Under the pieces are notes generated by a model that was not told the origin of the DNA, did not search any database, and saw only the letters and a list, made by a program, of their open reading frames with translations. Below are positions 7,742 to 15,900 of a DNA stretch of 36,268 nt, piece after piece. Numbering within the stretch: position 1 is the first letter of the stretch; each line of letters begins with the position of its first letter. Position numbers and translations under genes: made by a program. Source of the stretch: a virus (lineage: Duplodnaviria > Caudoviricetes); the IMG/VR virus record IMGVR_UViG_3300035135_002180, positions 1-36,268 of that record, one strand, 5' to 3'.

Positions 7742-8155
7742 TATTGTGAAATGAACATCTTATTTGTATAGCCGTTAAGATGTTGATAGTGAAGACAATG
7801 ATTGTAAAGCCAACACCAAACAATTATTTAAGGGGGTGGGATAATGGCAGGTGTGATAGCCCCACCTCTCCAAAAGCGTGAATTTTATCGCAAAATGCGA
7901 AGGCATGAAGCGAAAAGGGTAATAAAACGGCACAGTTGAGAAAAAAAAGGCAAAAAAATCTGAGAAAGTGTGACTGCGAAGTGATGGGGTGGGTCTGAAG
8001 AAAGTGTTTTTCTAAATTATGTAACTATCCTGATATGTAAGAGAACCCATTTACTCCAGACATTTAACTGCCCCAAACATGTGGCAACTTTTTTAAGCTC
8101 TATTAAGTAATTATATAGGTGTGTTAGGCTATTTTTTTTTATGCCACATTTTTAT

Positions 8156-8163
8156 TATATTTG
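8156..8163 (+). promoter_or_regulatory. Bacteroidota -7 promoter box TATATTTG
   Basis: Exact TAnnTTTG at the start of the right arm. Confidence 0.6.
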
Positions 8164-8182
8164 TTATGAGTTTCATTTGGAC

Positions 8183-8252
8183 AAGTCCAGGTATCTAGAT
8201 TATGGTTTTGTCTTTTATTTGAATGTTTTTTTCTAATACCTGGGCTTTTTTT
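8183..8252 (+). terminator. long-loop hairpin with U-tract (terminator/attenuator or sRNA 3' end)
   Basis: AAGTCCAGGTAT 8183-8194 pairs with ATACCTGGGCTT 8236-8247 (one G-U), followed by a T run to 8252. Confidence 0.55.
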
Positions 8253-8268
8253 AATTAAATCTAATACA

Positions 8269-8574
8269 ATGCCTAAAAAAAACGACCACAAAGGGCGGAC
8301 AGTAGAAGAAGAGTACCGTCACATAAGAAAACACGAGGGATCTGATCGTATGGTTATAAATCACTTAATAACCGAGAGATACTTTGCTGTTAAAACAATG
8401 ATAGAGATAAGAAATAAAGCCGTAGAGATTATTCTAAAAGATTTAGGTAACCTCATCGAAACGGATAATATGTTTGAACTACCAGTTGATATACACGATA
8501 AACTAAAGGAAATCGATAAGCTAGTGATGGAATGGTCACATGTGGCTAATATGAAGGATCACCCGATTGACTAA
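8269..8574 (+). CDS. hypothetical protein
   Basis: 101 aa helical ORF with an AT-rich start region. Confidence 0.7.
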   Translation: MPKKNDHKGRTVEEEYRHIRKHEGSDRMVINHLITERYFAVKTMIEIRNKAVEIILKDLGNLIETDNMFELPVDIHDKLKEIDKLVMEWSHVANMKDHPID

Positions 8575-8581
8575 TGGGACT

Positions 8582-8798
8582 GCACGAACTCCGCACATGT
8601 TTCAATGATAATAAACCTAGTAATAATAATGGTTTGCGGGGTTTGTGTTTTTTATTCCGCACGAAGTATCGCACACTGAAGGGGTTTGCTATACACCGTA
8701 TAATTACTAGTATATACAGAGTTATTGTATACAACAGAGTTATTATACTGCTATTATATAATATATATATATAATAAATATAAAATAAATAAAATATA
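8582..8798. repeat. short direct repeats plus an A/T-only tract (origin-like)
   Basis: GCACGAA-N3/4-CGCACA x2 (8582, 8659), ACAGAGTTATT x2 (8716, 8734), A/T-only run 8752-8798. Confidence 0.55.
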
Positions 8799-8822
8799 CA
8801 TTTAATGCAAATTTAATTTACG

Positions 8823-10418
8823 ATGATAGAAAAACAAATAACTTTTAAGAATGAAGCCTGGACCAAAATGCTTGATGGGGTTTATACCTTAAATTCAGCT
8901 GTAGGGTCTACATTAGGGCCAAACGGAAAGACAGTTATACTAGAAGATGCTCACGGAAGACCACACGTTACAAAAGATGGTATTACGGTGGCAGAAAGCA
9001 TTCTTTTAAAAGATCCAATAGAAAACCTAGCGATGAATACAGTTCGTCAGGCTAGTAAAAAAACAGCCCTTCGGGCTGGAGATGGGACTACTTCTTCGAT
9101 TGTACTTTGTAGTTCTATACTTGGATTGATAACTCGAAATGAAATAAGCAACGTGCATCAGTTTAAAAGAGGGATGTATGATGCAAAAGACTTTGTTCTT
9201 AAAAAATTAGATAAGATGAGTTCAAAGCTTAATAAAAAAGAACTAAAAGCAGTTGCATCTATATCTGCAAACAACGATCCATTATTAGGAGGTCTTATAG
9301 CAGATGCTTATCATAAAGTTGGTAAAGACGGGGTAGTAGCAGTTGAAGAGTCTTACAATGAAAAAAGTTATGTTACAATAAAAGAAGGTACTAAAATTGA
9401 TAGAGGCTGGGCATCCCACCACTTAGTCACGGATATTAATAAACGTGAATTTGTTGCTCAGTCTCCCCTTATTTTCATATCGTCTACTGAAATACAAAGT
9501 GCGCAGCAGATTTTACCTATACTTCAGTATTGTGCTGAAAAAAGTAAACCAATAATCATTGTTGCTGATACCTCTGATGAGTTTCTAGCCACTATGATAT
9601 TAAATAACAACAAAGGAAGGTTCAAAGCTTGTGTTGTAAAGCCAGCAGGAATAGGGTATAAGAGAGATGAATTATTATCAGACCTGGGTATTATGACAGG
9701 AGCTTCAGTTTTTTCAGAAGCCCAAGGAAATGATTTTGGACAAATAACACCAGAATATTTAGGAGGAGCTGATAAGGTTATTGTGTCTGAAGGCGAAACT
9801 GTATTTTTTGTAGAGCCTGAAGATCCAGAAACAATAAAGACTTTGAAAGATCATTTAGAAAAAGAGATATCGAAAGAAAAAGAAGCAGACAATGAGTGGC
9901 ACTTAAGAGATAGGTTGTCGAAGTTGACAGGAGGAGTTGCTACAGTACATGTAGGAGCTTCAACAGAAGTTGAAATGAAGGAGAAGATGGACAGAGTGGA
10001 TGATGCAATAAGTGCTACTCGGGCTGCTATGAAGCATGGGGTTGTTCCTGGAGGAGGTTGTGCTTTGTTACATATTTCAAGAGAAGTGACAAAGTATTGT
10101 GAAGATGCTAATTTTGAAGAACTTGATTCATCTTATTCAAAAGCATGGGAGGTTTTATCAATTGCTTTGGTTGCGCCACTAACAACAATACTTTCTAATT
10201 CTGGAGTTTCTGACAAATCATATACAATTATAGCTAAAAAAATTGTAGAAGATGATTATAAAATCGGTTACAATGCATTAACTAATAAAATAGTTGATAT
10301 GTTTGAAGATAAAATATTAGATCCTACAGCAGTAACTAAAAATGTAGTTGAAAACGCTGTAAGTGTTTGTTGCGAACTTATTACAACAGATTGTGTAATT
10401 ACAAATGTACGAGCATGA
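8823..10418 (+). CDS. groEL: phage-encoded chaperonin GroEL (Cpn60)
   Basis: TLGPNG, TKDG, AGDGTTS, ISANND, GGVA, DAISATRAA, GVVPGGG; no GGM tail. Confidence 0.97.
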   Translation: MIEKQITFKNEAWTKMLDGVYTLNSAVGSTLGPNGKTVILEDAHGRPHVTKDGITVAESILLKDPIENLAMNTVRQASKKTALRAGDGTTSSIVLCSSILGLITRNEISNVHQFKRGMYDAKDFVLKKLDKMSSKLNKKELKAVASISANNDPLLGGLIADAYHKVGKDGVVAVEESYNEKSYVTIKEGTKIDRGWASHHLVTDINKREFVAQSPLIFISSTEIQSAQQILPILQYCAEKSKPIIIVADTSDEFLATMILNNNKGRFKACVVKPAGIGYKRDELLSDLGIMTGASVFSEAQGNDFGQITPEYLGGADKVIVSEGETVFFVEPEDPETIKTLKDHLEKEISKEKEADNEWHLRDRLSKLTGGVATVHVGASTEVEMKEKMDRVDDAISATRAAMKHGVVPGGGCALLHISREVTKYCEDANFEELDSSYSKAWEVLSIALVAPLTTILSNSGVSDKSYTIIAKKIVEDDYKIGYNALTNKIVDMFEDKILDPTAVTKNVVENAVSVCCELITTDCVITNVRA

Positions 10419-10669
10419 AGGCGTTAGGAGAATATATAGTTGTAAATGCAATCACAGATGAAATTGAATCTGGAGGAGTTATACTTTCAAGTAAAACAGA
10501 CAAGAACGTCAGATATGTTAAAGGCATAGTAGAGTCTGTTGGAAACAAAGTAACAGAGGTCAAAACAGGAGATCATGTTTATTATGATAGAATGGCTGCT
10601 TCTGAAATGAGAATAAATGGTGAAATCAAGTTAGTTCTACTTGAAAGTGGCATCGTTGTCAAAGAGTAA
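10415..10669 (+). CDS. groES: co-chaperonin GroES (Cpn10), 84 aa
   Basis: ATGA overlap with the groEL stop; ALGEYIVV, SGGVIL mobile loop, GIVESVG, VKTGDHV. Confidence 0.9.
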   Translation: MKALGEYIVVNAITDEIESGGVILSSKTDKNVRYVKGIVESVGNKVTEVKTGDHVYYDRMAASEMRINGEIKLVLLESGIVVKE

Positions 10670-11394
10670 TGTACATACCTCTTTTCGAATATGAAAAAGA
10701 TAGAATCATTATGGAATCTTCTTTTAGATTCGAAGGAAAGAAATATCTGTTTTTTCCTGAAGGAGTGGAATATTATAGTTTATACAGGACTACAAGAAAA
10801 ATAAACTCTATTCAAGAAGTAGAGTACGTGGCGGAAAAATTAAGGTGGCTTAATCCAAAAATTGAATACTCTGTTTTTGTACGCCACATGAAGCAAATGA
10901 CAGATAGATCAAACGGACATGTTATTAGAACATACAGCGATAGAAGAATAGATGCAATTTGTGAAGATGTTTGGGAAAAAACTTTAACAAAACCTTATTG
11001 TAGAAAAAAGAGAAAGGTTATCTTTAACCCATCGAAAATGATACCAATTGAAGAGAAACGAAAGATTGTGCAGCAGTTAATTCATCCAAGTATAAGATTT
11101 GAATCATCTGATATATGGAGAGCCTGCAGCCAAATCCAAGGTAAACTTACGATGAAAAAAATCGGAGAAGTCCTTGGTTGTAGTGCACCTACGGTGCGCA
11201 GAAGTTTCGATAATAAGATGTTATTAAATCTTAAGCTTCGAAACAAGGACATAAAAAAGGAATCGGAGTTTCTTAAGTGCAAGCATGCTGTGGCTGAGAT
11301 AAAAGACGAAGGTCTACCTGTTACAATGAGGGAACTAAAAAGCAGGGTTTCCGTAAGAGATTACGATGTTTTGAAAAAGGCGGTCAGTCTTTGA
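10669..11394 (+). CDS. DNA-binding protein with C-terminal HTH
   Basis: LTMKKIGEVLGCSAPTVRR is a helix-turn-helix; translationally coupled to groES. Confidence 0.6.
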   Translation: MYIPLFEYEKDRIIMESSFRFEGKKYLFFPEGVEYYSLYRTTRKINSIQEVEYVAEKLRWLNPKIEYSVFVRHMKQMTDRSNGHVIRTYSDRRIDAICEDVWEKTLTKPYCRKKRKVIFNPSKMIPIEEKRKIVQQLIHPSIRFESSDIWRACSQIQGKLTMKKIGEVLGCSAPTVRRSFDNKMLLNLKLRNKDIKKESEFLKCKHAVAEIKDEGLPVTMRELKSRVSVRDYDVLKKAVSL

Positions 11395-11872
11395 TTTTTC
11401 GATTCATCTTTTTTATTGCCATTCTATAAACCCTGTCAGTATAGGTTGTGCCCTTCATGACGGGGTTTATTCTTGGGTTTTCAGAAATTTTTTCTTCCAG
11501 TAACAACCTCTTATACACCAAGTTACATATTCTGGCAGATTTTACAGATAGCTCGTATATTGGTTTTCTATTAGCTACTTCATTTTTTTTTCTCCAAACA
11601 TTTATAAATTTATTTTGTTTTAAATTCCAAAAACGATTACGATCCCAATGCATTACGTTTGCATATTCTTTAAATTTATCCATGTTAAATTTACCTTCAT
11701 CATAAAGAAAAAGAAGCATTTCCAAATCAGATTCAGATAAATTATATTTTCTTTTTACATAATACTTTATAATCCTCCAATATTTGAGAAAATTATATTT
11801 TCTTTCTTTTTCATATGCTATATGATATTTATCGGAAGCTTTTTGTCGAATCCTTTTCGCTGGTCTTTTCAA
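11384..11872 (-). CDS. putative winged-helix regulator
   Basis: YNLSESDLEMLLFLY...IYELSVKS resembles a MarR-like wHTH; lone minus-strand gene with its own promoter box; TTG start. Confidence 0.55.
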   Translation of the reverse strand: MKRPAKRIRQKASDKYHIAYEKERKYNFLKYWRIIKYYVKRKYNLSESDLEMLLFLYDEGKFNMDKFKEYANVMHWDRNRFWNLKQNKFINVWRKKNEVANRKPIYELSVKSARICNLVYKRLLLEEKISENPRINPVMKGTTYTDRVYRMAIKKMNRKIKD

Positions 11873-11892
11873 GTAGATTTAATTTATAAACT

Positions 11893-11926
11893 CAAAAATA
11901 ACGAACTTTTTTTTATCGTATATTTG
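11893..11926. promoter_or_regulatory. divergent Bacteroidota promoter pair
   Basis: TATTTTTG on the minus strand at 11893-11900 and TATATTTG on the plus strand at 11919-11926. Confidence 0.65.
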
Positions 11927-11930
11927 TGCC

Positions 11931-12230
11931 ATGGCAAAGAGAGTAGATAAATCTAAGATGAAATGCAACTCACCACGCCCTAGCACTAGGCCAGGAAAGA
12001 AAAGAATGGTGAAGGCTTGTTCTGGAGGAACAGAAAAAATAATTCATTTTGGAGCTAAAGGTTATGGTCATAATTATTCGTCAGCTGCAAGAAAATCTTT
12101 TAAAGCTAGACATAATTGTTCTTCTGCAACCAATAAGTTGACAGCAAGATATTGGGCTTGTAAAAATTTATGGGCTGGAAAAGGAGGGTCCACTAAATCA
12201 TCTCCTAAATCAAGACAAGGAAAATATTGA
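11931..12230 (+). CDS. small basic Cys/His-containing phage protein
   Basis: KIIHFGAKG...ARKSFKARHNC...ARYWACKNLW; very K/R-rich. Confidence 0.8.
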   Translation: MAKRVDKSKMKCNSPRPSTRPGKKRMVKACSGGTEKIIHFGAKGYGHNYSSAARKSFKARHNCSSATNKLTARYWACKNLWAGKGGSTKSSPKSRQGKY

Positions 12231-12403
12231 TGGCAAATTTATTTAAAAATCATAAAGGTCTTGGGGATACGGTCGACGCATTTACAACAGCTACAGGAAT
12301 AAAAGCTATTGTAAAAGCTGGATCAAAATCATTAAATAAGCCTTGTGGCTGTGAAGGTAGAAGAAAAACTTTAAACGAAATATTTCCATATGGCAAAAAG
12401 TAA
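12230..12403 (+). CDS. small phage protein with GLGDTV...CGC motif (57 aa)
   Basis: Not in the track: MANLFKNHKGLGDTVDAFTTATGIKAIVKAGSKSLNKPCGCEGRRKTLNEIFPYGKK; TGATG coupling. Confidence 0.8.
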   Translation: MANLFKNHKGLGDTVDAFTTATGIKAIVKAGSKSLNKPCGCEGRRKTLNEIFPYGKK

Positions 12404-12557
12404 AACAAAAGCAAACAGAGGCAATAAAATATGTCCTGCAGGAATAGCTTGGGCTAAAAGAACATTTGATAGATATCCTAGTGCGTATGCAAACATGGCT
12501 GCATCAAAATACTGCAAAGATCCAAATTATGCTAAAAAGTCAAAAAGTAAAAAATAA
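12390..12557 (+). CDS. small basic protein with PSAYAN motif (55 aa)
   Basis: Not in the track: MAKSKTKANRGNKICPAGIAWAKRTFDRYPSAYANMAASKYCKDPNYAKKSKSKK; TAATG coupling to the next gene. Confidence 0.8.
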   Translation: MAKSKTKANRGNKICPAGIAWAKRTFDRYPSAYANMAASKYCKDPNYAKKSKSKK

Positions 12558-12799
12558 TGGGAGCCTTAAAAAAATGGAGAGATGAAAAGTGGGTTAGAAT
12601 TTCTACCAGCGGTAAAATCATGGGTCCATGTGGCACAAGCAAAAATAAAAAGAATCCAGACAGATGCCTTCCTCTCTCGAAAGCACGTTCTCTTTCCCAA
12701 GCCGAAAGAGCCAACACTGCAAAGAAAAAGAAAAGGGTAGGAAAAACTACACAATTTGTGTCAAACACAAAGAAAGCTAAAGTCAGAACAAAAAGATAG
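12557..12799 (+). CDS. small basic phage protein (LKKW..EKWV...CG...CLP type)
   Basis: 80 aa, K/R-rich, coupled to the previous gene. Confidence 0.8.
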   Translation: MGALKKWRDEKWVRISTSGKIMGPCGTSKNKKNPDRCLPLSKARSLSQAERANTAKKKKRVGKTTQFVSNTKKAKVRTKR

Positions 12800-12803
12800 T
12801 AAA

Positions 12804-12932
12804 ATGCCAAAACCTAAAGGAAGAAAAAAATATTCTGAAGCACAGAAAAGAATAGCAAGAATAGCTAAACCAAGAAATGTAATTACAGGTGCAGATTTTA
12901 AGGCTCTTAGAAAAAGAAAAAAAAGACGCTAG
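12804..12932 (+). CDS. small basic protein (42 aa)
   Basis: Not in the track: MPKPKGRKKYSEAQKRIARIAKPRNVITGADFKALRKRKKRR; fills the gap before the tail gene. Confidence 0.7.
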   Translation: MPKPKGRKKYSEAQKRIARIAKPRNVITGADFKALRKRKKRR

Positions 12933-12935
12933 TAT

Positions 12936-15900
12936 ATGGCACAAACAAAAATAAAATCAGGACAACTCGATTTAAGCGGAGCTGCACACGGCACTGATGG
13001 ACAAGCTTTATTGTCTAATGCTGATGGTACAATGCGATGGGGTGATATTCAAGTTGCTGGCCCTGGTTATACTTCTTTAGATTATCCTGGTGCTACAACA
13101 GCTTTAAATGCAGCAGGAGGTCAGACATTAATTATTAATGGATCAGGATATGATGCAAATACTACTGTTACATTTGGAACAACATCAGTTTCAGCTATAA
13201 GCGTTTTATCTGCAACACAGCTTTCTGTTACCACCCCTGCCTTAGCAAACGGAACATATGATTTAGTATTAGGAAATGCTGCTGGTGGTACAACCACACA
13301 AAGCAATGTTATTATTTATAACGCAACTCCTTCTTGGACAACAGCTGCTGGATCTTTAGGATCTGTAGTAAAAGACACTACCGCAAACTTTACTGTAGCT
13401 GCAACAGAACCAGATGGAGGTGCAATAACTTATGCTGTTACATCTGGAGCTTTACCTACAGGATTATCTTTAAATACATCTTCAGGAGCAATTACAGGTA
13501 CAGCAACACCATCTATATCTTCAAATACTACATATAACTTTACAATAACAGCTACTGATAATGAAAATCAAACTAACGCTAGAGCGTTTAGTATTGAAGT
13601 AACTGTTCCTTTACCATCTGAAAGATTTGAAGTTATTACATATACAGGTAATGGAGGCACACAGAAAATAGAAGGGGGTAAAATATTAAGAGGTGCAGTA
13701 TTTAATGGGAGTAATAGTACAATAACAATTCCTGACAGTTCTATTTTTGATTTTGTGAATGCCACAAGTATGAGTTTCTTTGTTAATAGAAACACAACAA
13801 ATAGAGATTTTATTATAGACAAAGCTAATGGTGGTAGTGGAAGCTATGGGTGGCAATTAGAATATTTCGGAACAACCAAAGGTTATCAATTTCAGATACA
13901 TAATACTTCTAATGGTGTAATAAGTAATTTAGAAACAGGAGCAAATTCTACTACAGGAAATTGGGAACATATTGTTGTAACACATAATGGTAGTGGAGAA
14001 TTTAAAATATATTTTAATGGAGTTTTAAAAGCAACTCAAACATTATCAGGTACTGTCTCAACAAATACAGGAGATGTCAAAATAGGTACATATCAGTTGT
14101 CGAGTGGATTTGAATTTGATGGTAAATTAGACCAATTAAGATTTTTTAACAAAGCATTATCCTCTTCAGAAGTAACAACTTTATATCAAGAAGATGATTA
14201 CACTTCTACAACTAAATCAACAACAGATATATTTAGCGATGGTAGTGGTGTTACTCTTTATGAATTTGAAACTAATGCAAATGCTACAGATAGTGTGACT
14301 GAAATTGCATTTGATTCTACAATAAATACAAGTTCTATTGCATATACTGTAAATAACAGAAAGATAGCAGGTAATACAGGCGGCTCTTATGCATCAACAA
14401 GAGTTACAGAAAGTAAAAGTTCAGGAAAGTGGTATTTTGAAATGTATTATGATAATTCAAGTTATTTCCCAAGTTCAAGAGGTGGTTTGGGATTACTTTG
14501 TCCTACTTGTACTATGACAACATATCTTGGTGGTACAAGTCAAGATGAATGGGCAGTATTTAATGGAGGTAATGTTATAAATAATGGCTCAAGTGTACAT
14601 AATGAAAGTTTAGGCGATTTTTCAATAGGTAATGTAATAATGTGTGCTTTAGATTTAGATAATCAAAAAGTATATTTTGGAAAAAATGGAAATTGGTTTA
14701 ATAGTGCAAACCCATCAAATGGAACTAATAGTTTTACATTATCAGGTAGTGAATACTATGCAGCAGGTTGGGTTTATAATACTTCTGACCAATTAACATT
14801 TAGATTTAGAGAAGGAGATTTTGCTTATACTGTACCTACAGGATTTTCAGCTTATTCAGAAACTAATTACGATGGAACTGCATCTAATGTAGCATTTAAA
14901 GAAGGAACTAAATTTTCTCCTGATTTGGTTTGGATAAAGCAAAGAACAGGAAGTGTTGCAAATCACGTAATATTTGATTCTATTAGAGGTGTGCATAAAC
15001 AGTTAGGGGCAAATACAACAAGTTCAGAAATAGACAGAACATCAACTGATAAAGGTGTAACTTCTTTTAATTCTAATGGATTTACTGTAAAAGATACAAG
15101 TGCAGGAGATTATGAAATTAATGGGCCTAGTGGTGGAACATATTCAGGAAATGGCTCTTATGTTGCTTGGTGTTGGAAAGCAGGAGGAAGTAGTACATCA
15201 TCAAATTCAGATGGAACAATCACAACAAATATTTCAGCCAACGTAGCAGCGGGATTTAATATAATATCTTATGCAGGTAATGGAACCGCTGACTCAACAA
15301 TAGGGCATGGATTAGGACAACAAGTAAAATTAGCTTTTTTTAAGAATAGAACTACAGGGTCAACTTATTGGTATGTTTATTCCGATGAATTATCAGGCAG
15401 CACTTATAATTTATATTTAAATGCTAGCTCGGCACAAACAGCTGATAATGTACTGCGAGGTGGTAATACTACAACTATTCAAATATCAAATAGTACAGCA
15501 GTAAATGCTACAAGTAATAATTATATTTGTTATGCTTTTGCTAATATAGATTCTTATCAAAAAATAGGTAAATATACAGGCAATGGCTCTACAAATGGAA
15601 CTATTGTAGAAACAGGATTTGAACCTGCTTTTTTAATGATTAAAAGGATTGATAGTTCTGCAAATTGGAGAATATTAGATAATGAAAGAAGTCTAAGCAA
15701 TCCAAGAGATAAAGAATTGTACCCTAACTTATCAAATGTAGAGGGTGATTATGATGCAATAGATTTTCTTTCTAATGGGTTTCAAAATATTTCTACTGAC
15801 TCAAGTTATAATGCTAATGGCGGAACCTACCTCTACCTTGCAATAGCAGCAGATCCAGATATAACACAACCAACACAAGCAAATAGCTTTGATGTTGTTA

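Noticed and set aside
8546-8774. ORFs of 62 aa (minus) and 66 aa (plus)
   Set aside because: They run through repeats and the A/T-only tract; more likely non-coding.
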